DNA of 64,000 nucleotides, from the NCBI GenBank assembly GCA_913056395.1, contig CAJXMG010000006.1:34408-98407 (forward strand). Direction: 5' to 3'. Position 1 is the stretch's first letter. The number at the start of each line of letters is the position of its first letter. The stretch is from an uncultured bacterium (GTDB taxonomy: Bacteria; Planctomycetota; UBA8108; UBA1146). The translations under genes were made by a program, and so were the position numbers. A model generated the notes under the pieces. It made no database searches and was not told where the DNA came from. It was given only the letters and a program-made list of their open reading frames with translations. This document shows, piece after piece, positions 1-10,024 of this stretch.

Positions 1-13
1 ACGAGACCCGATA

Positions 14-967
14 TCAGGGGGTTCCGGGAAAATTCTGGCGAATCCGCCATCTCAGGACCTGAAAGTCCTGGTCGCATTCTTGCCAGAGTTCTTGCCAGGG
101 CCATGCCCCCGCATCGTAGACCTGCCACATCAGTATCGTGGGAAGGGTCCACTTTCGGACAGAATTTTGTTGCCCCATTTGGGACATCCATGACTCTTGC
201 TCAAGTGTTAGGGAGAGTGCTGCCAACTCTTCTGTAACAGTTTGCGGACTCCAACTTTTCTGCAGCTGATACAAGTGCTCCCGCAGGGTCTCTTCATCCT
301 GAATCTCCCGATCCAGCAACAGCAGGTGACTTCCCTTCTTTCCCTCTGCTTCCTCAAACCAGCGCCGGGCGAGCAAGTTTCCAAAGTAATTGGCAAGACT
401 CTCATTCAGGTCTGCTCTTCCATTGAAAAAAATCGTCCGATGCACCAACTCATGAAAAATAAGTCGAACTCTCTGGGTAGCGGGAAGTGACAGCACACCA
501 CCTGGCAACGTCTCCGGAAACCAACCCAGACTGCTGAATGCTGAAACTGGATAGACTTCGGCGATCATATCTTCAGCCAACAGCCTGTTTTTTTCCTCTT
601 CCGCGTGCTCCAGAAATCGGTACCCCTTGTAGGGGGCCATCCCCACAACGGGAAAGTCCCAATGGTGAAGCTCAAGATTCCGGGGATTGGCGGCAACCAC
701 GATGTAACTGACCGGATCACGATCCACGTCGATCCTCTGGTATGCGCCCCCCACATTGAGCCCCGCCTCTTTTGCGAAGTTGAGCAGAAGCGGCAACTCT
801 TCCAATGCAGAACGCCACCCGACGGGAAGTTCATCTTCCGACAGTAACTCGCTGGGCGTCCTCGATCCCGCCATACGGGAGACCACCCCACTGGCATTGG
901 AAGCGATCCATGAGGTTTGGCACCCCAGCATCACCAATAGAAGAAGAACTCCGAGGCAATTCCTCAA
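14..967 (-). CDS. Putative zinc-metallopeptidase lipoprotein (HExxH motif HELVH; lipobox LGC). Its start overlaps the stop of the upstream acylase gene (ATGA), so the two are probably co-transcribed.
   Basis: 317-aa ORF with an N-terminal signal peptide and lipobox (LLLLVMLGC). HELVHR motif seen in the translation. Family assignment is by motif only. Confidence 0.45.
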   Translation of the reverse strand: MRNCLGVLLLLVMLGCQTSWIASNASGVVSRMAGSRTPSELLSEDELPVGWRSALEELPLLLNFAKEAGLNVGGAYQRIDVDRDPVSYIVVAANPRNLELHHWDFPVVGMAPYKGYRFLEHAEEEKNRLLAEDMIAEVYPVSAFSSLGWFPETLPGGVLSLPATQRVRLIFHELVHRTIFFNGRADLNESLANYFGNLLARRWFEEAEGKKGSHLLLLDREIQDEETLREHLYQLQKSWSPQTVTEELAALSLTLEQESWMSQMGQQNSVRKWTLPTILMWQVYDAGAWPWQELWQECDQDFQVLRWRIRQNFPGTP

Positions 968-3657
968 TCGGATGTTTCGCCGGTAAAGAGTGGGAAAGGA
1001 CGGTGAAGGAATCCGTCAAAAACTTCGGTAAACCCAAAGTACTGATCATCGAAAACAGGCTCACCGGATGGTCCAACGCGAACATCGCCGGATTGACCGA
1101 GTGGAATCATCGATTCAATTCTCACTGGTCCCTCCGAACCCATTTCAACAACCTGGGCATAGGTGGACCTGTTCAGCCAGGGAGCACTCCAGACCAAACC
1201 CAGACTGCTTTCAGCCACATAGTCGATGGTCGCTCGGGGTTGATTCCAGGGTCTCGGCCCCAACTCTGTCAACGTGAGATCCAAAGCAAGAACGACCAAC
1301 TCAGCGGGATCTGTCGGCTTGAACCCTGCACCACGATCTTCGAACCAATTGATCTGATTGGCCAACTGCGGCTGATTTCCCGGCAAGGCTCGCAGCAGAA
1401 CATTGAACAGCAAATTCCTGTCCTGATTATTCCAACCGAGGGTCTCGGTATTGAGTTCATCTTCAAACACCAGTTCGATCATCCTGTTGATCCAGTTTTC
1501 CTGGAGAACCCAAGCGTCTGCATTGACGGTGTTTCCAACCCAACCCTCTGGGCCACCCTCGACAAAATAGCCATCCCAACTTTCCAGGAGTTCCAGAGCA
1601 GCCAATCGATCCGGATTGAGATCCGCCTCGACCGAATTGGTAAAAAATTGATCGACAAAGAACCAGCGATTTCCGCCCTTGTTCCCCAAATTGCAACAAT
1701 CGGTGGCACTGATCTCCAAAGCCAGATCGCGTACAAACTCAAAACTCACGGGTCCGTCTTCTACAGCGACGGCCATTCTGTCTTGCATTGCGTGAGCCCT
1801 GTGGAATCGACCGTAAGCGTGACCGGGACTGGCGCCACCCGCATCGCCTTCAGCAGCTTTGTTATTCCAACCTGCAATCCAACCGCGTTCAGGGTTTTCA
1901 ACGGTGATCCGCTCCTTGTAGGTGACCGGATCGGTCCACTCCATCGATCCATCCGAGAGCTGAGGCAGGCGCGGATCAGCCCCCTCCACCCTTACCGGAT
2001 CAAGACCGGCCATCCAGTAGCCCACGTTTCCGCGGCGATCGGCATAGCAGACATGAAGACTTACGCAAAAGCGGTCCATTGCGTCAGCAAAATCTTCCAT
2101 ATTGCGGGCAAGGACGTAATCGAGATTGACGTCCACTGTCGCCAGTTCCTTCTTCCAGTGGGAATACTTCCAGGCGGCCACCGGCCCCTCCAGGTTTTCA
2201 GTGCTGAGAATGATGGGCGATACGATGGGGCCATGGACGCTGCGGTAAATCGGCAAGTTCAGAAATTGGTCATTCCCCAGAGGAATCATCTCAGTGCGAT
2301 GGAGAAAAATATCCTCTACTTCCTCAAGGTAGATATCCACGGTATGCGCATGAGCAACCTGACCGGACCACGCATGACGGGGGGTCCGGCCGATGATGAT
2401 TCCCGGCAAACCCGCCAGAGCCATTCCGGAAACATCGATTCCAGCCCCTCTCAAAGAGCCCTCTATCACCAGACCGGGAGCCGTGAATCCCATCTGTGGT
2501 CCTGCGTAGATCATCGGTAATCCGGTATCGGTCAAATCGCCACTGACGACCCATGCGTAACTGCCCATTCTCGGAGGTGTACCAATATTCGAGATACGCT
2601 CGCGCGTCCCCTCAAAAATGTCGTGAACGCCATCTCGCAAGGCTCGAAGATTGTCCAACTGGTACTGCCCTGCCTGAGGCACAGGGAGAGAAGTTGTCTG
2701 GGGAAGGAAACCGGAGGTTCCACCAGAAGGTGGAATCATCGTCGGGGCATCCGGGTCATCCAACCAACGAAGATCGTTGAACATCGCAAGACCATCCTCC
2801 GGATGACTTTCCAGAAGTTCTGCCAACAGTACTGCGTTATTCAATTGGTGAGTTGAAAGCGCTTCCGAATCGAAGTTTCTCAGCAGGGTCACCTGGAGTG
2901 CCATCATGTCAATGACGGTCCATGGAGCAGGAGAAAAACCGAATTCGACGAACTCATAGGGAAGGAGTGAGGAGTCCTGGTCGATTTCAGAGATGCGACG
3001 ATTGATTCCTGCGAGATATCCCTGCACCAATTCCTGAGCTCTCTCTGAGATTCCCTGATAACCCTCCATGTACTCATCATCTGAGTAACCCAGAATGCGA
3101 ATACTGATGTCAGTTGAGATTTGATCAGGCCCATAAATTTCAGAGAGGGTTCCTGTACAAAGTCGGCGGTAATATTCCATCTGCCACAATCGATCGACGG
3201 CGACTTCATAACCAAAGGCCTCATACATTTCGAAAAGTGTTCCACCCTCGATATGCCAGACTCCAAATTCGTCACGGTTAACCGTTACCTCAGAAACATC
3301 CGGGCATACGGAATAGCTTTGGCAATCTCCGATGGCGGAGTCTCCGCAATGGGGATAGGGATGCTTGGGCGCCGCTCCATCCAATAATTGGAATTGGATA
3401 ATCGACAAGGCATCCGCAAGGTCCACGGTGCCGTCCGCATTGAAGTCTCTTGCTGCAAAGCAGTCTCCACCTGGCCCTGATTGAAACAGATGCTGAAGGA
3501 GCCAGATTCCATCGGAGAGATTGACGGAGCCATCGACGTTGGCGTCTCCCCTGACGAAGGGAATATCAGCAGATTGAGCCACTGGCCCCCTCAGTCCGAT
3601 CAGCGAGAACAGGATCAGAGTCAAAAGAAGTCGGATAAGTGAACGTGGTTCTGTCAC
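964..3657 (-). CDS. Penicillin acylase/amidase family Ntn-hydrolase, secreted, with an N-terminal dockerin-like Ca-binding module.
   Basis: The long ORF runs 964..4269, but a hydrophobic signal peptide (LIRLLLTLILFSLIGLRGPVAQSA) follows an in-frame GTG at 3657. The segment upstream of it is Arg/Gly-rich and not protein-like. Acylase-family body (~870 aa; SGDLTDTGLPMIYAGPQMGF, YVLARNMEDF). A dockerin-like FVRGDANVDGSVNLSD...NADGTVDLADALSII...PYPHCGD sits directly after the signal peptide. Confidence 0.65.
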   Translation of the reverse strand: MTEPRSLIRLLLTLILFSLIGLRGPVAQSADIPFVRGDANVDGSVNLSDGIWLLQHLFQSGPGGDCFAARDFNADGTVDLADALSIIQFQLLDGAAPKHPYPHCGDSAIGDCQSYSVCPDVSEVTVNRDEFGVWHIEGGTLFEMYEAFGYEVAVDRLWQMEYYRRLCTGTLSEIYGPDQISTDISIRILGYSDDEYMEGYQGISERAQELVQGYLAGINRRISEIDQDSSLLPYEFVEFGFSPAPWTVIDMMALQVTLLRNFDSEALSTHQLNNAVLLAELLESHPEDGLAMFNDLRWLDDPDAPTMIPPSGGTSGFLPQTTSLPVPQAGQYQLDNLRALRDGVHDIFEGTRERISNIGTPPRMGSYAWVVSGDLTDTGLPMIYAGPQMGFTAPGLVIEGSLRGAGIDVSGMALAGLPGIIIGRTPRHAWSGQVAHAHTVDIYLEEVEDIFLHRTEMIPLGNDQFLNLPIYRSVHGPIVSPIILSTENLEGPVAAWKYSHWKKELATVDVNLDYVLARNMEDFADAMDRFCVSLHVCYADRRGNVGYWMAGLDPVRVEGADPRLPQLSDGSMEWTDPVTYKERITVENPERGWIAGWNNKAAEGDAGGASPGHAYGRFHRAHAMQDRMAVAVEDGPVSFEFVRDLALEISATDCCNLGNKGGNRWFFVDQFFTNSVEADLNPDRLAALELLESWDGYFVEGGPEGWVGNTVNADAWVLQENWINRMIELVFEDELNTETLGWNNQDRNLLFNVLLRALPGNQPQLANQINWFEDRGAGFKPTDPAELVVLALDLTLTELGPRPWNQPRATIDYVAESSLGLVWSAPWLNRSTYAQVVEMGSEGPVRIESMIPLGQSGDVRVGPSGEPVFDDQYFGFTEVFDGFLHRPFPLFTGETSD

Positions 3658-3822
3658 AGGATTCTCCTCCCGGAAAAAACTTCCGCTGTCTTCCCTATCA
3701 TATCCGCTGATATCGCCAACTCGACCCCGGGGGTATCCCCTGCCCCCGCCCAACGCTATTCTGGTAGTTGGTCTGTAAGTCCTTGTTTCACGACATTTGG
3801 GTACTTTGCCAGATCTCCGAAA

Positions 3823-4845
3823 TTGAAGATTGGAAACCCCGTGCGCAACAAACTGCCCTCTGCATTTTCTTGCCTTCTCCTGCTCCTCTGTTTCTTTCCG
3901 GTGGCTCATTCCGGTGAGCCGATCGAGGACGCGTTTGTGAACTCGGGAATCAGTATCACAGGGGGAGCACTGGAGCCCGCCTCCGCACTGCTTGACCCCA
4001 TACTCCAGAGCCAGATTGGGGCCAGCCCCCAGTTCAATCTCCTTGAGATCCGCGAGCTGGATGACCCTCAGATGCAGAATGATGACTCCATCTCTGTGGC
4101 TTCCGTTCTCGGAGTGGACGTCGACGGAGATGAAACCAACAACTTCAGTGGCAACAATCTTTTTGAAGTCACTCCCGAAAGTGTCGATGACAATGGACAG
4201 CCACTGGTCCTCTTTGAATCCGGCTCCATCGTCAGTGGAGAACTGAGCGCAGGTCCTGCAGATCTTCAAGGACCCGGTGGAATCTCCCTTCCGGGAGTCA
4301 CTCTGGAACTGACCATCGAACCGGGTGGATCTGCGGCGGTCACACCAGGGATTCCCACTGCGATTCCCGCAGAACTGTTCGATGCCATCCCCGCTCCATT
4401 TCCTTTTGACGGTTTTCCTTTCAACTACGACACCATGACCCAGGTACTCGAGTTTGTGGGAATCGTGGTCGACACGGATCTCGATGGAGACGGTGTACTC
4501 GATGCATTCAGTGTTGAGTTTTCACTGTCCTTTGTTTCCTGTGAACTGGTATATCCAGACCTGTCAGGAACTCCGTTCAGACGCGGAGACGTCGGTGGTG
4601 ACGGCACCATCGATCTCAGCGATTCCATCAACATGCTGGGATATCTGTTTACCGGTGGCGCAGAGCCCGGCTGCATGGACAGCAGTGATATTGACGACAA
4701 TGGAGTGGTCGATATTGCGGATGCGGTTCTGTTACTGGGATATCTGTTTACAGGAGGAGCTCCTCCTGCCGATCCTCACAGCACCTGTGGAGAAGACATC
4801 ACCACGGACCCACTGGAGTGCCTGATCCCTCACCAGGGCTGCTAA
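3823..4845 (+). CDS. Secreted hypothetical protein with a C-terminal dockerin-like module.
   Basis: Signal peptide (CLLLLLCFFPVAHS). C-terminus reads FRRGDVGGDGTIDLSDSINMLGYLFTGG...DDNGVVDIADAVLLLGYLFTGGAPP...CGED...C. No recognisable catalytic domain. Confidence 0.55.
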   Translation: MKIGNPVRNKLPSAFSCLLLLLCFFPVAHSGEPIEDAFVNSGISITGGALEPASALLDPILQSQIGASPQFNLLEIRELDDPQMQNDDSISVASVLGVDVDGDETNNFSGNNLFEVTPESVDDNGQPLVLFESGSIVSGELSAGPADLQGPGGISLPGVTLELTIEPGGSAAVTPGIPTAIPAELFDAIPAPFPFDGFPFNYDTMTQVLEFVGIVVDTDLDGDGVLDAFSVEFSLSFVSCELVYPDLSGTPFRRGDVGGDGTIDLSDSINMLGYLFTGGAEPGCMDSSDIDDNGVVDIADAVLLLGYLFTGGAPPADPHSTCGEDITTDPLECLIPHQGC

Positions 4846-5327
4846 TCGCGAAGCAAGGGCTGCAAGACCCGATCCATCGCCTGAAGAAAACTGGAACGAT
4901 CCCGCGGAGTAAATGGGGCCGGCCCTTTTGTTGGTAATCCCAGATCCCGGAGGTGGGTCGAGAGATCCCTTCGGGCCAACGCTTCCCCCACCGATTCCTC
5001 ATCCAGAATTCGCCCCCGTGGATCAACGACGTTTGCTCCTGCCGCAACACAACGGGAGGCAAGGGGAATATCGCCGCAAACAACCACTGTTCGGGCATCG
5101 CAGTTTTCAGCGATCCAGTCGTCTGCTGCGTCAAACAACTCAGGAACCACTTCCAATCGAAATCCCTTCCCTTGAGGGATGCGCATCGCTCGATTGGCAA
5201 CAAAAATCACCGGCAGATCCAGCCTCTTGGCCACTTTCGCAACTTCGTCCTTCACGGGACAACCGTCCGCATCGACGACAATGCGGACACTCCCCTTGTG
5301 TCGTCCTTGACCCTGAGCCTCACTCAT
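4842..5327 (-). CDS. YaiI/UPF0178 (DUF188) family protein.
   Basis: 161 aa. VRIVVDADGCPVKDEV...VIFVAN...VVVCGDIPLA is typical of the YaiI family. Convergent 4-nt overlap with the preceding gene. Confidence 0.55.
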   Translation of the reverse strand: MSEAQGQGRHKGSVRIVVDADGCPVKDEVAKVAKRLDLPVIFVANRAMRIPQGKGFRLEVVPELFDAADDWIAENCDARTVVVCGDIPLASRCVAAGANVVDPRGRILDEESVGEALARRDLSTHLRDLGLPTKGPAPFTPRDRSSFLQAMDRVLQPLLRD

Positions 5328-7537
5328 TCGCCAGACTCTTTCCCGCTGGATTGTGCCGACTGGGACCCTGAGCGTTTTTCCAATTCGGAGAGTCGCAGGG
5401 TCAATTCCCCCACATTTTCAAAAGGTACTTCGCAGACCTGATCGATGCACAAATATGCCAGCGGTTTGCCTTCCTTCGAATTTCTCCCCTTCAACACCGG
5501 AACAACTCCGCTATCCGAATCGCCATTCATGTCGGATCGGAAGGCGATCACCACTTGGGATAATCGACAATTGCGGGCAGCCCGGATCATCTCCCGGGTT
5601 TCGGACAAGTCGGGATCGCCAACGATGGCGACCACCGGTATCCCCCTGGAAACAGACTGAACGGCCAGCAACAACTCTGCAGCACCCATTGGGTAGGGAC
5701 CCACTCGCGCTAAAGAGGCTGTCACCAAATGAAGGGCCGATTCTTCATGGTCCGCATTTCCGGTAAGTTGATACATACGCAAAAGATTGCGCGCCATCGT
5801 CGCATTCCCGGAGGGCAATGCCCCATCAAAGTAGTCACGACGTCGATCGACCACGAGTTGGATCCTGTTGGGAGCCTCATAGAATCCATGACCTTCTTCG
5901 AGGGGACCAAACTCTTGTTGAACAAGATTCACCGCCTCCTCTGCTGATTGAAGGAATCGGGAATCGAAGGTCGCTTCGTACAAATCAAGGCAGCATTTCA
6001 CCCAGAGCGCAGCATCCTGAAGGGTGGCCGCGTTTCCTGCGATTCTGCTATGGCTTCCATCTGAGTCGACAAAGTGATCGACTCGCCGGAGGAAGCCGTC
6101 TTTTGTGACCATTGCTGCGGCCACCGCGGAGTGGGCTCTCCTGGCCTCATCCGCAAACCGGGTTTCTCCCAGAATCGCTGCGCCTCGGGCAAGCCCTGAA
6201 ATAGAAAGAGCATTCCAGCCAAGAATAACCTTGTCATCCCGTTTTGGTGCGACCCGTGATTCTCTTGCTTCAAGGAGTTGGGCAATTCCACTCTCGACTT
6301 GTTTCCGCAACTCACTCACCGATAGACCAGAGGACTGTGAGAGGGCTTCATAGGTCACCGCCTGCCGGGGAACACTGGCCTCCAGTTCTTCAAAATTTCC
6401 GTCTTCAGAAATCCCCAGATATTCGCAGACGTTCCTTGCAACACCCTCAGGCAACAACTCATTCACCTGATCAGGGGTCCAGACGTAATAGGATCCTTCC
6501 ACCCCACCGGAGTCGGCATCCCAGGAACTGGCAAAGCTGCCATCTTCCAGTTGGAATTGTTTCAGCATTGCATCGAGTACATTTTTTCCCATCTCCAGCA
6601 AGTCGCTTTCACCGGTCATGCGACCCACTTCAAGATAACTTTCTGCCAAAGAGCCCTGGTTGTAGAGCATCTTTTCGAAGTGAGGGACCTGCCATGCAGC
6701 ATCCACACTGTATCGATGGAATCCGCCTCCTACCTGATCAAGAATTCCTCCACGCGCCATTTCCCGAAGCACTGCCAGAGAGCGATTGACGGTGGGTATG
6801 TCCTGCGTGGACAAACCCTCACCTGCAAGAAACTCCAGAAATCTCGGTGCAGGAAACCTCGGAGCCTGTCCGAAACCTGCGGGGTTGGCGGTGTAGGTAG
6901 CTGAGGCGGTCTGGACCCCTCCTGAGAGGAATAGGTCCAGGGTCTGACCTTCATGGACCCTGTTTTCTCGGCCCTCCAGGTGTTCGATCAGTCCCTCTGC
7001 ACTCTCCTGCATGCGGGCGCGGTCTTCCCGCCAGGCTTTCTCAATCGAAGAGATCAGCTCCAGAAAACCGGGCCGGTTAAAGCGCTGACGCGGTGGAAAA
7101 TAGGTTCCTCCATAAAATGGCTTTCCATCCGGCAACAGGAATGCAGAGAGTGGCCACCCCCCTCCACCCGTCATCGCTCTCACCGCGTCCATGTAAACCT
7201 CGTCCACATGGGGCTGATCTTCACGATCCACCTTGATGGAAATGAAATGAGCATTCAGAAAAGCGGCAATCGCAGGATCGGAAAAAGACTCTCGGCGCAT
7301 CACATGACACCAGTGGCAGCTGGAATAACCGATGGACAAAAACACCGGGCGATCGAGATTGCGGGCGGCCTCAAAGGCCTCATCGCCCCAAGTCCACCAC
7401 TCCACCGGATTTTCGGCATGCTCTCTCAAATAGGCACTCGGACTGTCCCTCAATCTCCAACCACCGGTTTGGGGATCGCCACCCGCTTCGCCATCGAGTC
7501 CCATTGCATACAGTGTCGTCATCATGATCAGGACCAT
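5324..7537 (-). CDS. Thioredoxin-domain protein of the DUF255/YyaL family (N-terminal thioredoxin-like domain plus six-hairpin epimerase-like domain).
   Basis: 737 aa. N-terminal DRPVFLSIGYSSCHWCHVMRRESF is a thioredoxin-like CxxC in the DUF255 context. The long alpha-rich C-terminal domain is typical of YyaL/SPATA20-like proteins. Confidence 0.75.
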   Translation of the reverse strand: MVLIMMTTLYAMGLDGEAGGDPQTGGWRLRDSPSAYLREHAENPVEWWTWGDEAFEAARNLDRPVFLSIGYSSCHWCHVMRRESFSDPAIAAFLNAHFISIKVDREDQPHVDEVYMDAVRAMTGGGGWPLSAFLLPDGKPFYGGTYFPPRQRFNRPGFLELISSIEKAWREDRARMQESAEGLIEHLEGRENRVHEGQTLDLFLSGGVQTASATYTANPAGFGQAPRFPAPRFLEFLAGEGLSTQDIPTVNRSLAVLREMARGGILDQVGGGFHRYSVDAAWQVPHFEKMLYNQGSLAESYLEVGRMTGESDLLEMGKNVLDAMLKQFQLEDGSFASSWDADSGGVEGSYYVWTPDQVNELLPEGVARNVCEYLGISEDGNFEELEASVPRQAVTYEALSQSSGLSVSELRKQVESGIAQLLEARESRVAPKRDDKVILGWNALSISGLARGAAILGETRFADEARRAHSAVAAAMVTKDGFLRRVDHFVDSDGSHSRIAGNAATLQDAALWVKCCLDLYEATFDSRFLQSAEEAVNLVQQEFGPLEEGHGFYEAPNRIQLVVDRRRDYFDGALPSGNATMARNLLRMYQLTGNADHEESALHLVTASLARVGPYPMGAAELLLAVQSVSRGIPVVAIVGDPDLSETREMIRAARNCRLSQVVIAFRSDMNGDSDSGVVPVLKGRNSKEGKPLAYLCIDQVCEVPFENVGELTLRLSELEKRSGSQSAQSSGKESGE

Positions 7538-7654
7538 CTTTCATCCCGCCCGAGTCAGCAGTTATCCGAGGTCGTATCGGTAAAGGAGCAGTTTATCCCT
7601 CGCACTGATTGAGGGACACTCACGGGGCTGATTCATCTGCGAATCTTTGACTGG

Positions 7655-7689
7655 CCAACAAAAAAGCCCCCCCGGATTTCCGGAGGGGC
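7655..7689 (-). terminator. Rho-independent terminator for the minus-strand gene 7716..7928.
   Basis: GC hairpin agcccccccgg-atttc-cggaggggct, followed on the minus strand by TTTTTTGTTGG. Confidence 0.55.
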
Positions 7690-7715
7690 TTCCAACTTCA
7701 ACAGATCCAACCTGA

Positions 7716-7928
7716 TCAGGCGGGAATCTGCTCCTTGTTGGCAGTGAAGACGTTCGAGAAGAACGCTCCAAAGAAGGAGGCGATTCCGACCGCAGTGAAC
7801 AGATCCATGTCTGCCACCACTTTGTTGACCAGGAAGTAGGCCACACATCCCACCACTGCACCGATGAGTCCGCAGATTACGGAGTTCGTCCAGTTCCCCA
7901 TGATTCCCTCGATCCCTGCCCGGGACAC
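7716..7928 (-). CDS. GlsB/YeaQ/YmgE-family transglycosylase-associated small membrane protein.
   Basis: 70 aa with two hydrophobic helices and Gly-rich motifs (GLIGAVVGCVAYFL...GIASFFGAFF) characteristic of PF04226. Confidence 0.7.
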   Translation of the reverse strand: MSRAGIEGIMGNWTNSVICGLIGAVVGCVAYFLVNKVVADMDLFTAVGIASFFGAFFSNVFTANKEQIPA

Positions 7929-8136
7929 CGCGGCGACCGTGCCCGAACGCCCATACGGTAATCAAATCATGAATTTCTTGTCAAATGGAAGCGTCAATTG
8001 GCCAATAAACCGCATTTATGAGGGGTTCAGGAATTTCTGTCCTTCCCACCCTGATCCCCGGATTGAACCCTCCTGAGGATTTTTCAGGCGGTAGTCGGGC
8101 CGAGTTAACCCGAAGTCATTTTCGGAAAGAGGTCCC

Positions 8137-9960
8137 ATGTCCTCCAGCACCCCCAAACCCAAAGTGCTCGCCGCACACCTGATCAGCCTCATGCTTCTGG
8201 GTCTGTTCACCTTCAGTCCTGTCAACGCCCAAGAACATATGGCCAATTTTGGAACGAACAACTTTGAGTTGTCGATGGAAATGATCCCCACCACCGACGG
8301 CAACTACGTCACGGTTTCTCCCATCATGAACTTCAATGTCACCAATGCAGGACTCGGGATCAAAATCTATCTGTCCAAAGTCGACGAGAACAGCAACGTC
8401 ATCTGGTCTCGAAAAATCGGTCAGTTTCCATCCATCAATCAGTTTCCGATTTCTGTTACCGAGGTGGTGGATGACGCCGGAGGCTCGATCGGCTATGCCA
8501 TCACAGGAATCAACATTCAGGCAGCCACTCCTGATCCCATTTTTGTGATCACCACAGATACCAACGGCCATGTCCTCGCAAGCAGGACCTATGGCGGAAA
8601 CCTGCCGATCGCAGGGGCGAACCTCACCCCCGTATCCGGAGTCGGAAACAAGATTATTCAGGACCACCAGGGGAATCTGGTTGTCGTCGGATCACTCCGG
8701 TTTGCTGGAAACATTGGAGTCGTACCCTTCATCCTGAATACCCAGCCCAACCTGAATCTCAACTACATGCGTCTCTATCACGACGTCCGTTATCTCACTA
8801 ACGGCTTCGGGATCGGGTCCATGGCCGGCTTTGACGATATCGTTGCGATTCCTGCCATGGAGGACCCCCAAACCGGGGAGTTTGTCCCCGACGGATACCT
8901 GATCACAGGTGGAACCCGTCAGGTTGGCGTCCCCGGTTCCGCAGAAACTCTCGTCGTCCGCACAGACCCCGGTGGCCATGTCCTCAAAAGTGGAATCTAC
9001 GGCCCCACCTTCGCCGACTCCAAGGGTCGCGGAATCGAGCTGGCCTCAAATGGCCTGGTGAAAGTGGTCAGCCACGTCAAGGAAGCGACCGGTGCCCCGC
9101 TCTCAACGCAGATCTTCACTCTGACTCCCGCTTCACTGATTCTCCTTCAGCAGGATCGCTACCACGGATTCATTTCCCATGGGGACATCCGGGAAACCAA
9201 TAATGGCGAGTTCATTCTTGCAGGTCGCGGCGCCTTTGATCGCGATGGTGCGGTCCTGCGTGTCGAACCCAATGGCAACATTGTCTTCTTCTACGGATAC
9301 GGTTCGAACCACGTTGAGATCCTCACGGATGTTCATGAGTTGTACGACGGTACCCTTTACGCCAGCGGAGTTACGACGACGTGGTGCCAGGGTCCGGCGG
9401 ACGAATATCTGGTCAGAACCAAAGATGACGGAACCCTTCCCGGTTGCCCTGTTCTTTCACTGAACATCGACCGCTCAACTCCTCAGGAGCCGATGAGAGA
9501 TACGGACTGGGAGAGTGTGAATGTCACTCTGGTCAACGCCCACGAAATCGTGGACGTCACCCCCGATACGGTCAAAAGGCAGATTTGTCCCGGGCTCGTT
9601 CCGGTTCCCTTCCCCTGGGACTGGTTCCGCAGGGGTGATTTCACCCGTGATCAGGAGATCAATGTCGCTGACGCCATCGCCAGCCTGTCCAAACTCTTCA
9701 GCAGCGGACCCGAATCGGTTCCCGCAAATGCTGCGGACGCCAACGCAGACGGCAATCATGACATTGGAGACGTGATCTACACCCTGAGTTACCTCTTCAG
9801 TGGAGGCGCAGCTCCGGTAGCCCCCTTCACCCAGGTCGGTCCGGACCCGGAGCAGGACCAGCCGAACATTTTCAGCGTGGAAGAGTTCTTCCAGTACTAC
9901 AACCAGAACTTCCGCATGGACGAAGCGGGGTTCCACCTGAACTTTGATCTCGAAATCTAG
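8137..9960 (+). CDS. Secreted hypothetical protein with a dockerin-like module near the C-terminus.
   Basis: Signal peptide (LISLMLLGLFTFSPVNAQ). The body has no recognisable catalytic motif. FRRGDFTRDQEINVADAIASLSKLF...ADGNHDIGDVIYTLSYLFSGGAAPVAPF lies at nt ~9625-9850, followed by a ~35-aa tail. RBS AAGAGG upstream. Confidence 0.55.
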   Translation: MSSSTPKPKVLAAHLISLMLLGLFTFSPVNAQEHMANFGTNNFELSMEMIPTTDGNYVTVSPIMNFNVTNAGLGIKIYLSKVDENSNVIWSRKIGQFPSINQFPISVTEVVDDAGGSIGYAITGINIQAATPDPIFVITTDTNGHVLASRTYGGNLPIAGANLTPVSGVGNKIIQDHQGNLVVVGSLRFAGNIGVVPFILNTQPNLNLNYMRLYHDVRYLTNGFGIGSMAGFDDIVAIPAMEDPQTGEFVPDGYLITGGTRQVGVPGSAETLVVRTDPGGHVLKSGIYGPTFADSKGRGIELASNGLVKVVSHVKEATGAPLSTQIFTLTPASLILLQQDRYHGFISHGDIRETNNGEFILAGRGAFDRDGAVLRVEPNGNIVFFYGYGSNHVEILTDVHELYDGTLYASGVTTTWCQGPADEYLVRTKDDGTLPGCPVLSLNIDRSTPQEPMRDTDWESVNVTLVNAHEIVDVTPDTVKRQICPGLVPVPFPWDWFRRGDFTRDQEINVADAIASLSKLFSSGPESVPANAADANADGNHDIGDVIYTLSYLFSGGAAPVAPFTQVGPDPEQDQPNIFSVEEFFQYYNQNFRMDEAGFHLNFDLEI

Positions 9961-9977
9961 AGGCGCCCCCACACGAA

Positions 9978-10017
9978 AAAAGGCCCCGCCGGTGTTCACC
10001 GACGGGGCCTTTTTTTA
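9978..10017. terminator. Bidirectional rho-independent terminator between convergent genes.
   Basis: AAAAAA-ggccccgccgg-tgttca-ccgacggggcc-TTTTTTT. The perfect GC stem is flanked by an A-run and a T-run, so it can serve both strands. Confidence 0.7.
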
Positions 10018-10024
10018 TTAGCGA

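Noticed and set aside
805-2520. 571-aa plus-strand ORF inside the acylase gene.
   Set aside because: It is entirely antisense to a gene with clear family motifs. Its composition is Arg/Gly/Pro-rich nonsense with no motifs. It is a shadow ORF typical of GC-rich DNA.
3658-4269. The extra ~200-aa N-terminal extension of the acylase ORF (964..4269).
   Set aside because: The segment upstream of the GTG at 3657 is Arg/Gly-rich (GGGRGYPRGRVGD), is not protein-like, and precedes a perfectly good signal peptide. It would also overlap the divergent gene 3823..4845 on the other strand. The internal GTG start is preferred.
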